From an uncultured Holophaga sp. (GTDB lineage: Bacteria; Acidobacteriota; Holophagae; Holophagales; Holophagaceae): a DNA stretch of 64,000 bases. Positions within the stretch are counted from its first letter, which is position 1, and every line of letters begins with the position of its first letter. The translations under genes were made by a program, and so were the position numbers. The stretch spans positions 96,001 to 160,000 of the forward strand of contig OY761614.1 of assembly GCA_963664825.1 (NCBI GenBank). The letters run 5' to 3'. A model generated the notes under the pieces. The model made no database searches and was not told the origin of the DNA. It saw only the letters and a list, made by a program, of their open reading frames with translations. Shown here in pieces: positions 1 through 9,329 of the stretch.

Positions 1-2482
1 GCAGCTGTTCCTCCAGGCGCTGGAGCCCGTAGAGTTCCCCCACTTGGTTCATGGCCTCGGTGAGGCCATCGCTGTACATCACGATCCATTCTCCGGGTCG
101 AAGCGTGCCTTCCTGGATCTCCCAGGCTCCGTCGGAAGAGGGCCTCAGGCCCAGACCGCGTCCGACGCAGTTGAGCTCCTGGATATCCTCCCGGCGAGGT
201 CCCCGCAGAACCAAGGCTGGCGGATGCCCCGCCCGGGCTATGCGATACCTGCCGGAATCGTCCCACTCCAGGAGGGCTAGGGTGAGGAAATCCCGGCGCC
301 CCATGAGGTTCCGGAGCGTCTTATCCAGGGCGGGGAGGATCTGATCAAAGGATAGCTTCTCACTTTGGGTGGCAAACTTGAGCAGCGCCATGGCCTGGCT
401 CATGTAGAGGGCCGCGGCGAGGCCCTTGCCGCTCACATCCCCCACGGCCGCGATCCACTTCCCCGAACTGCGGCGCTTGACCCAGAGCAGATCCCCCCCG
501 GTCTCCAGGGCCGGTTCCAGCCTCAGGGCCAGCTGATAGCCCTCGATGGAGGGCGCATCGAAGGTGATCAGGCTCTCCTGGATCCTGCGGGCGGTCTGCA
601 ACTCCAATTCCAGGCGCCCCTGGTCCAGGAGGCGCCGATGGAGGATGGTCGTCTCGATGATGGTCCCGGCGATCTGGGCCACCTCCCGGAGCAATTCCCG
701 GTCCTCCCGGCCATAGTTCAATTCGGCGTACTTCCCGCCCAGGAGGATGACCGTGTGGGGCTCCTGGTTGGCCATGAGCAGCACCAGCACCTGGGCCCCC
801 AGGGCATCCACATGGGCGCGCAGTTCGGGAGCCTGCTCGCGAATCCAATCGGATTCATCCCCACCCAGGCCCAGCACCAGTTCCAGATTCTCCCGGGCGT
901 GGCGCAGCAGCTGGGGAGGCAGTTCCAGCTGCCGACCCCTCATCAGGCCTTCCTCCCCATCGGGAGCCTGGATGGAAGGCAACAGGATCGAATGGGCCTC
1001 CACCGGCAGCACCAGCAGCAGCTGGGGACGGAAAGCCTCCCGCAGGCTCTCCTTGAGCCCCGCCAGCAGGACATCCTCCGCCAGGCGCTTCCGGGTTTCC
1101 CGCAGGCTCCCGAGAATCAGCTCCCGAGCCTGGTTCAGGTCCCGGCGGAACGTGCGCCGCAGCGTCAGCAGTAGCCAGCGCAGGAGCCATCCGATGGGCA
1201 GGGCCGAGAGGCCCACCAGGGCCCCGATCCATCCCACGGGCACCACCTGGACCCCTTGGGCGAAGAGCCAGGCGAGGGCGGCCAGATAGGCCACCAGGGT
1301 GATCCCCAACACCGCGAAATAGGTGGCCCAGCGGATGAGCGCCCTTTGGACATCGAAAAAGCCGTGGCGCAGGATGGCGTAGGCGAAGGAAATCGGAAGC
1401 AGGGGCAGGGGCGCGAAGAAGATCCAACTCTCGCGCTGGAACATAAGGCTGTCCCCTGCGCGGGCCGCCAGCAGGGAATAGGCCAGCAGATCCAGGAGGA
1501 TCGCCGAGCTGAAGATCAGCGCTGAGAGCAGGGCCCAGCGCCGCCGCTCCTCCAGCTTGAAGGCCCCCACCCAGAAGAGGACCATGCCTGTGACCAGGGT
1601 GCTGGTGATGGCCCAATAGAACAGCGTATTGAGCAGGGGGAAGAACCAGCCGATCGGCGAGGTGCGGATGAGCTCGCCGATCAGGCTCGCCCCGAAGAGC
1701 ACAGCCGCCATCTGACGAATGAAGACCAGAAGCCCCAGACAGAGGAAGCTCCCGTAGAGCCCCGTGAGGAACGTGCGATTGATGCGCAGGGGAAAGGCGT
1801 GGGGGAAGCGGAGGAAGAAGTGCAGCCAGAGGGGGGGCGCCAAGGCCAGCACTAGCTGGGACACGAACAGGGTGGGCACCTGGATATAGACCGGTACATT
1901 CCCCGTGAAGCCCCGCACCGCAAGAGGCAATAGGAGCGCCATGAGGCCGAGGTAGTAGAAGTGGCGGGAAGTCTTCCGCTGGGGAGAGGAGACCACCACC
2001 AGCAGCCCCAGGGCCCAGGTGATGAGGCCCGAGAGGAGCACGATGAGGGGCGTGAGATGGAAGGGTTTGGTGACCCGCACCGGAAGCTGGAGGATGCGGT
2101 ATTCCTTTTTCCCGTAGTCGTAGCGGCGCACGACATAGATGAGGATCCGCCCTTCGGCCTGCTCGTTGACGAAGGCCTGGGTCTCCTCCACGAGGCGATC
2201 CGGATTGACCTTCTTCCCCTGGATGATCAGGAGTTCGTCCCCCTCCAGAAGTCCGGCCTCCTCGGCCACGCCCTCGGGCAGGATCTCCCGGATGAGCACC
2301 CGCTTGCGAACCACCTTCTTGCCGCTTTCCGGGCCCCGGTAGGTTTCCCTCACCCAGGTGCACTGGTCATCGGAGAAGGAGAAGACCCACTGGTTCAGGT
2401 AGAAGGAGCCCAGGGAAAGGACCAGAGCGATGACGCTGGTCCAGATCAACCGCCATCGGATGCGTCGGAGCGTGGGAGACAC
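1..2482 (-). CDS. Membrane Ser/Thr phosphatase, PDZ + TM helices + GAF-like + SpoIIE/PP2C (3' end runs off the window)
   Basis: Translated by hand; absent from the ORF track because it has no stop in the window. GTG at 2482 gives MSPTLRRIRWRLIW...IREILPEGVAEEAGLLEGDELLII (PDZ-like). The same frame near base 1 reads ARAGHPPALV...IVMYSDGLTEAMNQVGELYG (PP2C motifs). Confidence 0.85.
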   Translation of the reverse strand, partial: MSPTLRRIRWRLIWTSVIALVLSLGSFYLNQWVFSFSDDQCTWVRETYRGPESGKKVVRKRVLIREILPEGVAEEAGLLEGDELLIIQGKKVNPDRLVEETQAFVNEQAEGRILIYVVRRYDYGKKEYRILQLPVRVTKPFHLTPLIVLLSGLITWALGLLVVVSSPQRKTSRHFYYLGLMALLLPLAVRGFTGNVPVYIQVPTLFVSQLVLALAPPLWLHFFLRFPHAFPLRINRTFLTGLYGSFLCLGLLVFIRQMAAVLFGASLIGELIRTSPIGWFFPLLNTLFYWAITSTLVTGMVLFWVGAFKLEERRRWALLSALIFSSAILLDLLAYSLLAARAGDSLMFQRESWIFFAPLPLLPISFAYAILRHGFFDVQRALIRWATYFAVLGITLVAYLAALAWLFAQGVQVVPVGWIGALVGLSALPIGWLLRWLLLTLRRTFRRDLNQARELILGSLRETRKRLAEDVLLAGLKESLREAFRPQLLLVLPVEAHSILLPSIQAPDGEEGLMRGRQLELPPQLLRHARENLELVLGLGGDESDWIREQAPELRAHVDALGAQVLVLLMANQEPHTVILLGGKYAELNYGREDRELLREVAQIAGTIIETTILHRRLLDQGRLELELQTARRIQESLITFDAPSIEGYQLALRLEPALETGGDLLWVKRRSSGKWIAAVGDVSGKGLAAALYMSQAMALLKFATQSEKLSFDQILPALDKTLRNLMGRRDFLTLALLEWDDSGRYRIARAGHPPALVLRGPRREDIQELNCVGRGLGLRPSSDGAWEIQEGTLRPGEWIVMYSDGLTEAMNQVGELYGLQRLEEQL

Positions 2483-2511
2483 GGTAGCCTTGGAGGAACC
2501 TGGGGGGTGAT

Positions 2512-3231
2512 GTGAAAGAAAACAAGTCCTGGTGGATGCTGGTAGGGGGTGGCCGCCGCCTGGGACGGGCCCTAGCGGAAGGCTTGGCACTCGGACACAA
2601 CCTCGTGCTCACGAGTTCCCGGCCTTGGATGGACGAGGACCATTGGAAAACAAAGCTGTCAAAGGGAACCCAGGTGCGGACGTTGCGATGGGATGCGGCG
2701 GACCCGGACCTAGTTTCCCAGATGATGGCAGATATGGAGTGTCTCGGCGCAGAAGGGATTCGCTTCCAGAGCGCCGTCCTGGTGGCCGGGACCTTTCCGG
2801 AACAGCCCTTCGGCACCTGGACGCCCGCCTCCCTCCGGGACACCCTCGCCATGAACCTAGCCTTCCCCATGCTCGCCGCCCAGGCCCTCGCCCCCTGGAT
2901 CCAGGACCGGGGCAGCCTGCAAATCCTCCTGGATACCGCCATCCACCGGCCCATGCTGAAGCGACTCCCCTATTCCGCGGCCAAGGCAGGCCTTGCCGCC
3001 CTGGTGCCCGCCCTGGCCCGCCTCCTGGCGCCCCGGGTCCGGGTGGCGGGTCATGCCCTGGGCGTCCTGCTCCCGGACGAAGCCAGCGATGCGGAGGCCC
3101 TGGCAGGACGGAACCTCCTCAAGCAGAACGGGTGCCCCGAGGATTTGCTGCGGGCCCTGCGGTATGTGGCCGAAAGCCCCTATCTCACGGGGGAGATCCT
3201 GACCTTGGATGGAGGCAGACGGTGGAACTAG
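2512..3231 (+). CDS. SDR oxidoreductase, pteridine reductase/FolM-like
   Basis: GGGRRLG nucleotide-binding motif, YSAAK catalytic motif, C-terminal TGEILTLDGG. Confidence 0.75.
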   Translation: MKENKSWWMLVGGGRRLGRALAEGLALGHNLVLTSSRPWMDEDHWKTKLSKGTQVRTLRWDAADPDLVSQMMADMECLGAEGIRFQSAVLVAGTFPEQPFGTWTPASLRDTLAMNLAFPMLAAQALAPWIQDRGSLQILLDTAIHRPMLKRLPYSAAKAGLAALVPALARLLAPRVRVAGHALGVLLPDEASDAEALAGRNLLKQNGCPEDLLRALRYVAESPYLTGEILTLDGGRRWN

Positions 3232-3899
3232 GGAAGTTTAAAGTTAATGAAATATTTTTCAGTCTTCAGGGAGAAGGCTCCCGGGCGGGTCGCCCCTGCC
3301 TCTTCATCCGTCTCACGGGCTGTCCGCTCCGCTGCGCCTACTGCGACACGACCTATGCCTACGAGGAAGGCACCTTCATGAAGGAGGATGAGATCCTGCT
3401 TGAAGTGCAGCGGCGCCTGGGCCCTCCCGGGAAAGGCCCCAACGCGCCCTTCGTGGAGATCACAGGAGGCGAGCCCCTGGCCCATCCTGGCACGCCCGAA
3501 CTGCTGCGCGCCCTACTGGGACTAGGCTTCGAGGTAGCCCTGGAGACCGCGGGCAGCCACGATATCTCCCGGGTCCCCCGGGAGGTCGTCAAGATCCTGG
3601 ACCGCAAGACCCCGGATAGCGGCGAAAGCGCGCGCTGGCTGGAATCCAACCTGGAGCACCTAGTGCCAGGCCAGGACGAGCTCAAGTTCGTGCTGGCCAG
3701 CCAGGCCGACTACGCCTGGTCCCGGGCCTGGTGCGAGGAACGGCACCTCTTCGATCGCTTCGATCTCCTCTTCAGCCCCGTCTGGGGCAAGCTGGATATC
3801 CGCTGGCTCGCCGAGCGCATCATCGCCGACCAGCTGCCCGTGCGCTACCAGCTCCAGCTGCACAAGATCGTCTGGGGACCGGACCAGAAAGGCGTCTAA
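3222..3899 (+). CDS. queE: 7-carboxy-7-deazaguanine synthase (radical SAM)
   Basis: EIFFSLQGEG, FIRLTGCPLRCAYCDT (CxxxCxxC), ITGGEPL, QLHK. GTG start at 3222 overlaps the SDR stop; the upstream part of ORF 2532..3899 is spurious. Confidence 0.9.
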   Translation: MELGKFKVNEIFFSLQGEGSRAGRPCLFIRLTGCPLRCAYCDTTYAYEEGTFMKEDEILLEVQRRLGPPGKGPNAPFVEITGGEPLAHPGTPELLRALLGLGFEVALETAGSHDISRVPREVVKILDRKTPDSGESARWLESNLEHLVPGQDELKFVLASQADYAWSRAWCEERHLFDRFDLLFSPVWGKLDIRWLAERIIADQLPVRYQLQLHKIVWGPDQKGV

Positions 3900-3902
3900 G
3901 GG

Positions 3903-5021
3903 TCATAACGTCCGATCCAGGGGCAGCGTGAAGGAAAACGTGCTGCCCCTGGATATTTGGCTATCCACGCTGATATGGCCGCCATGCGCGTCGACGGCCA
4001 TCTTCGCGAAAGCGAGCCCCAGGCCCGCGCCCGATTTCCGCAGGGGTCCTTCCAATTGGGCGAATTTTTCGAAGATTCGTTCCTGAAGCGCGGCTTCGAT
4101 CCCAGGTCCGTTATCGGAAACAGAAACGCAAGCGAATCGGTCATTCCGGCTGATGTGGACGGAGACCTCGCCATCCGACGGTGTAAATTTGAGGGCATTG
4201 CCCACCAGGTTGGCAATCACGCGACGGACCACATCCGCGTCACAAACCACGGTTACGGGCTCAAGACACGAAAGGCTCACGTGCTTGTGTCCCGTCAGGG
4301 GCCTCAGCGCATCCAGCACATGGCGTGCGATGGATGCGAGATCCGACATTTCAAGCTGAAGCTTCATCTGCCCCGCATCCATGCGGCTCACATCCAGCAT
4401 TTGGGAAACCATGTCGGAAAGCAAATCGACGCTACCGCGAGCATTCGAGACCAGTTTACAACATGCAGCATCCTGTTCGGACGTCTTCATCTGGACCATC
4501 TCAAGGTTCAACTGAAGGACCGCCAGCGGGGAACGCATGTCGTGAACGATCATGTGCGTCAGGCTGTCTCTCATGGATTCCAGGTGTCGCAGCCGTTCCA
4601 GGCTGGCTTCCAGTTCGCGCTTCTGACGACACAACTCCAGGTGCGTTTTCACGCGGGCCAAGACCTCGTCGAATTGGAAGGGCTTGCTGACGTAGTCCAC
4701 GCCGCCGACCTGAAAAGCGAGGGTCTTGTCTTCAGGACCGCTCAGGGCGCTGATGAAGAGCACTGGGATTTCCGCAAACGCCGGGTTGGCCTTCAAGCGG
4801 CGGCACACTTCATATCCATCCAGCTCGGGCATCGTGATATCGAGCAGGATCAGGTTCGGCAGTTCGGCCTGGACGGCCCGAAGGGCAAGTTCTCCGCTGT
4901 TGACGGGTCGCACTCGGTATCCGTGGCCTTTCAGCATGCCCGCGAGCAGTTGCAGATTGGCCGGTGTGTCGTCTACGACCAGGATATTGGCTGGGGGAGA
5001 TGGAGGAAGGGCGTCGTTCAT
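3903..5021 (-). CDS. Hybrid receiver-histidine kinase (REC-HisKA-HATPase)
   Basis: ILVVDD/LILLDITMP receiver, HDMRSPL H-box, NLVGNALKF, DNGPGI, GAGLGL. ATG at 5021 overlaps the upstream stop (ATGA). Confidence 0.9.
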   Translation of the reverse strand: MNDALPPSPPANILVVDDTPANLQLLAGMLKGHGYRVRPVNSGELALRAVQAELPNLILLDITMPELDGYEVCRRLKANPAFAEIPVLFISALSGPEDKTLAFQVGGVDYVSKPFQFDEVLARVKTHLELCRQKRELEASLERLRHLESMRDSLTHMIVHDMRSPLAVLQLNLEMVQMKTSEQDAACCKLVSNARGSVDLLSDMVSQMLDVSRMDAGQMKLQLEMSDLASIARHVLDALRPLTGHKHVSLSCLEPVTVVCDADVVRRVIANLVGNALKFTPSDGEVSVHISRNDRFACVSVSDNGPGIEAALQERIFEKFAQLEGPLRKSGAGLGLAFAKMAVDAHGGHISVDSQISRGSTFSFTLPLDRTL

Positions 5022-5385
5022 GGCGTTTCCTTTGATCCGGGCTTTGGCAGCATCATCGAGATCCGTTCCCAATTGAACTCCCCAGCATATTGCCGCATCC
5101 GGCTGGCCGTTTCGGGCGCTGTTGAACTCAACGCTTCGATGAGGGCGAGGATGTTGTCCAGGTTGGCGGCATTCAGCGCTTCCCGAAGGGGCTGGACGAA
5201 GGCCTCGGGAACGTCGAATTCCACAGGGGGTGGGGCGATGGCTTGCAGCTTGGGAGCCTCATAGTCGTACCGAATGCCCAGCGCGATGTGTAGGATTTCC
5301 AGAAGATCCTTTTCTCTGAAAGGCTTTCCAAGAAAGAAGTCCACGCCGGCCATCGGTTCGCTGGCTACCCGGATAACGCTGGCGG

Positions 5386-6843
5386 GCCCGTGTCCCGTCA
5401 AGTGGTGTAGGAAGGTCGGCGCAGCCGATTCCGTAAGGTTGTCAAAGTTCTGTTGCTGATTGTCAGGCTGTGGGCGGTGTGGAAAGGCCGAAGGGCTTTC
5501 CAAGGGGCGGTGGGCAACCGCAGGTTGTCCATGGCCCCGGCACCGTCCATGGCCGGGTCAGGGGGGGCGTTTGAGCCCATCTTGTTTCATGCATCCATCC
5601 GGATGTAGGCGATGCGGGCGCTGACCCACTCGGCATGCTGATCGAGGAGTAAGCTCCCGAGCAGGCGCAACACCGCGGCCCGATTGGGGAAGATCCCCAC
5701 CACATCGGAACGGCGGCGCAGTTCGCGATTCTCCCGTTCCAGGACGTTCGTGGAGTGGATCTTTCGCCAGTGGGCCTTCGGGAAGTCCATGAAGGCGGTG
5801 ACGTCCTCCACGGCCTCATCCAGCAGGGCTGCGAACCCTGGGTGCTTGCGCTCGGTGTCCCGCGCCAGGGCCGCGATCAGGGCCTGGGCCTCCTCCTTGG
5901 TGGGGGCCTGGAAAACCCGCTTGAGGCGATCCAGCATCTGCTCCTGAACGGACTTCGGTAACCGTACGGCAGCGTTGCGCATGAAATGGACGCGGCATCG
6001 CTGCCAGGTGACCCCATTCAGCACCTTCCTGACGGCGGCTTTCAGCCCGGCGTGAGAATCCGAGATGACCAGATCTACACCCGCGAGACCGCGCTGCACA
6101 AGGCTTTCCAGGAATGCTGACCAGGCGCTCTCCATCTCGCCTTCAGCCACGGTCAGCCCCAGCACCTCGCGTTTACCCTCCGCATTCACGGCCATGGCCA
6201 CCATCACCGCCAGCCCTACCACGCGCCCGCCTTCCCGAACCTTCGGATAGAGGGCGTCCAGCCAGAGGTAGCGGAAAGAACCTTCCAGCGGGCGGTTCCG
6301 GAACGCCTCCACCTCCGCATCCAACTCCTGCGCCAGCCGGGAGACCTCGGACTTCGACATCCCCCGGCAGCCTAGGGCCTCCACCAACGCCTCGACCTTT
6401 CGCGTGCTCACGCCCGCGACGTAGGCCTCTGCCGCCACGTTCACGAAGGCCTGTTCCCACCGACGGCGCGGCTCCAGGAAGTTCGGGAAGTAGCTGCCCT
6501 GCCGGAGCTTTGGGATGGCCAGCGGCAGCGTGCCCAGCCGCGTTTCCAGTTCCCGGTCGCGGTAGCCGTTTCGGTGGTTCTCCCGTGACGGCGTCCGCTC
6601 CCCAGGGCCCGCTTGGCAGAGCCCCGAAACGTCGGACTCCATCACCGCCTCCAGCCCCATCAGCAGCACACGCCGCAGGAAATCACCGTTCCCCTCCTCC
6701 AAAACCTTGCTCAGGGCTTCCAGCCCAGACACCCTATTGATGGCCATCGGTCTCTCCGTTCGGTAAGTTCGCAAACCTCACCTTACGGAACCGGTGGCCA
6801 CCTCTCACTGAACCACTGCTACACCACTTGATGGGACTCTATC
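5386..6843 (-). mobile_element. IS256-family insertion sequence (1458 bp)
   Basis: Imperfect terminal IRs GCCCGTGTCCCGTCAAGTGGTGTAG / CTACACCACTTGATGGGACTCTATC; 9-bp direct repeat CGCTGGCGG at 5377-5385 and 6844-6852. Confidence 0.9.
5587..6747 (-). CDS. IS256-family (mutator) transposase
   Basis: [60 protein letters not shown]. Confidence 0.95.
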   Translation of the reverse strand: MAINRVSGLEALSKVLEEGNGDFLRRVLLMGLEAVMESDVSGLCQAGPGERTPSRENHRNGYRDRELETRLGTLPLAIPKLRQGSYFPNFLEPRRRWEQAFVNVAAEAYVAGVSTRKVEALVEALGCRGMSKSEVSRLAQELDAEVEAFRNRPLEGSFRYLWLDALYPKVREGGRVVGLAVMVAMAVNAEGKREVLGLTVAEGEMESAWSAFLESLVQRGLAGVDLVISDSHAGLKAAVRKVLNGVTWQRCRVHFMRNAAVRLPKSVQEQMLDRLKRVFQAPTKEEAQALIAALARDTERKHPGFAALLDEAVEDVTAFMDFPKAHWRKIHSTNVLERENRELRRRSDVVGIFPNRAAVLRLLGSLLLDQHAEWVSARIAYIRMDA

Positions 6844-7999
6844 CGCTGGCGGAGAGGCCGATGATTTTGGTGTGGCCCGTCGCGTCAATCAATCGAATGC
6901 GGCGGGTGGCCTCCACGCCATCCATTCCGGGCATCCGCATATCCATCAGCACGGCATCCGGCGCCTGGGCTTCGAAGGCCTGGATCGCCTCCAGGCCATT
7001 GGTGGCTTCCTGGACTTCGAAACCTAGAGATCCCAGCAGTTCAACCAAAAGGCGCCGATTGTCTTCCTGATCATCGACGACCAGGATCTTGCATGGCGGC
7101 TGATCTGCGGAAAGCCGAAGCACCCGACCAACGCTCAGGTCATCCTGGGGCGCCTGATCGTCTGAAGCACCCACTTGCAGCCTTACCGTGAAAACGGCTC
7201 CCCTGCCGACTTCGCTGCGCACGGTGATGTCTCCGTCCATCATCCTGGCAAATTCCCGGCTGATGGCCAAGCCCAATCCTGTGCCTGTTCCGTGTCGAAT
7301 GCCGATTTCGGTCTGCCGGAAGGCTTGGAACAAGCTTTCCATATCCGAGGCCGCGATGCCGGGGCCGGAATCTTCGACCTCGGCCTGGAGCAGCCATGCG
7401 TTCTCGTCGGTGGACAGGAGATTGAACCTGAAGGCGATGAATCCGTTCAGCGTGAACTTCAAGGAGTTGCCCAGAAGATTGACGAAGATCTGGCGGATCT
7501 TGCTTTCGTCTCCGATCACGCGATCAGGAATACTGCTGGGCATTTCGATCTTCAGGACCAGCCCCTTCGCATCCGCCCGTGTCTGGAACATGGCTTGGAG
7601 ATCCCGAACCATCACCGCCAGAGAGAAGGGAGCTGGCTTTAGCACCATTCGCTGGGCTTCGATCTTGGACATCTCGAGCACATCGTTGAGGAGATCGAGC
7701 AGGTGCGCACCGTTCCGATCGATGGTCTGAAGGCGTTCGTGCTGAAGCTCAGTCAGTTGAGGGTCTCGCAGCATCAGTTGCGCGAAGCCCAGGATCGCGT
7801 TCATGGGGGTCCGGATCTCGTGCGACATGTTGGCCAGGAACGCACTTTTCGCGCGGTTGGCCATTTCCGCCTGGGCCTTCGCAGCCTGGATCTCGGCCAG
7901 TCGCTTGTGTTCGGTGATATCGAGGCAGGTGCCCTCGAAATACAAGAGTTCCCCCGAATCGTTATTGACGACCCTTCCGTTGAGCAGGACCCAAAAAAG

Positions 8000-9329
8000 G
8001 GTTCTTCGCGGATTTGCGTGAAGTAGGTCGGCAGTGGCGGATTTCAGGCATCTTGGGTTTGTCGAGAACTCGAGATGAAGGAGGCCGCCACTGCCTACCA
8101 AAGAGCTTATGTCCCGCTTGGGCGGGTGGAAAGGGCAACGCGTCGGAATCGTGGAGCGCTTCGAAGCCGGGGTGAAGGGGCCGCGGGCCGAGGTGTGGAT
8201 CGAGTTGCTTGGGTTCGGCGATCATCCCCGGAAGTGCAGCGGTTGTGGGCATTTCGTGCGGAGCGTCCACGACTGGTCAGAGCGGGAGATCCGCGACCTT
8301 CCGCTGTTCGACGCCGACACAGTCCTAGTGGTGTGGCGGGCTCGAGTAGCCTGCCCCCGGTGCGGCCCGAAGCTGGAAGCCCTGGACTGGTTGGAGCCCC
8401 ATGCCCGGATCACGAACCGGCTTGCCGCGAGCGTGGCGCGGCTTTGCAAGGTCATGCCCATCAAACAGGTCGCGGAGCACTATGACCTGCACTGGGGCAC
8501 GGTGAAGGCGATCGACAAGGCTTACCTGGACCGAGAACTTGGGCCCGTGAAGCTGAGCAAGGCGAGGCTTCTTCTGATGGACGAATTCGCCATCCACAAG
8601 GGACAGAGCTATGCCACGGTCATCACGGATGCGGAAACGCGTCGCGTGCTCTGGGTCGGGAAAGGGCGTGGCCGCGAGGACATCCGCCCGTTCTTCGATC
8701 TGATCGGGAAGAAGGGCTGCAAACGGATCCAGGCCGTGGGCATAGACATGTCGGCGGCCTTCGAAGGCGAAGTCCGGGCGCGCTGTCCCAACGCCGAGAT
8801 CGTCTACGACCAGTTTCATGTCGTGGCAAAGTACGGCCATGACGTCATCGACCGGATCCGGGTGGATGAGGCCAATCGATACCGGCACGACAAGGCCTCG
8901 CGGGAGCTCGTCAAGGGCGCGAAGTGGCTCCTGCTGGGCAATTGGGAGAACCTGCCGAATCGGGATGCCAAAGTCCGCCTCAACGAGTTATTGGACGCGA
9001 ACCAGCCTCTGATGACCGCCTACGTGCTGAAAGACGCCCTGAAGGCACTGTGGCGCTACACGCGGGAGGGCTGGGCTCTGAAGGCCTGGGAGAACTGGAT
9101 GGAACTCGCCACCTCAAGTGGACTCCAGCCCCTCGTGAAGTTCGCCAAGAATCTCGCCCAGCGGATCGACGGAATCCTCTCCCATTGCCGCTGGCCGCTC
9201 AATACCAGCGTCCAGGAAGGGATCAACAACAAGATCAAAGTCCTCAAGCGCATCGCCTACGGCTACCGGGATGAGGGCTACTTCTTCCTTAAGATCCGTG
9301 CGGCCTTCCCCGGAAAAACGTGAAGAACC
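8000..9329 (+). mobile_element. ISL3-family insertion sequence (1330 bp)
   Basis: Ends GGTTCTTCGCG... / ...CGTGAAGAACC; A-rich 8-bp target repeat CAAAAAAG (7992-7999) and TAAAAAAG (9330-9337) with one mismatch. Confidence 0.9.
8109..9323 (+). CDS. ISL3-family transposase
   Basis: CSGCG...CPRC zinc finger, [34 protein letters not shown]. Confidence 0.95.
   Translation: MSRLGGWKGQRVGIVERFEAGVKGPRAEVWIELLGFGDHPRKCSGCGHFVRSVHDWSEREIRDLPLFDADTVLVVWRARVACPRCGPKLEALDWLEPHARITNRLAASVARLCKVMPIKQVAEHYDLHWGTVKAIDKAYLDRELGPVKLSKARLLLMDEFAIHKGQSYATVITDAETRRVLWVGKGRGREDIRPFFDLIGKKGCKRIQAVGIDMSAAFEGEVRARCPNAEIVYDQFHVVAKYGHDVIDRIRVDEANRYRHDKASRELVKGAKWLLLGNWENLPNRDAKVRLNELLDANQPLMTAYVLKDALKALWRYTREGWALKAWENWMELATSSGLQPLVKFAKNLAQRIDGILSHCRWPLNTSVQEGINNKIKVLKRIAYGYRDEGYFFLKIRAAFPGKT

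Noticed and set aside
855..2363. 502-aa minus-strand ORF from the track
   Set aside because: Wrong frame. The real gene is the PDZ/PP2C frame running off the left edge.
2532..3221. Apparent N-terminal extension or fusion on queE
   Set aside because: Alternative-frame read of the SDR gene. QueE homology starts at GTG 3222.
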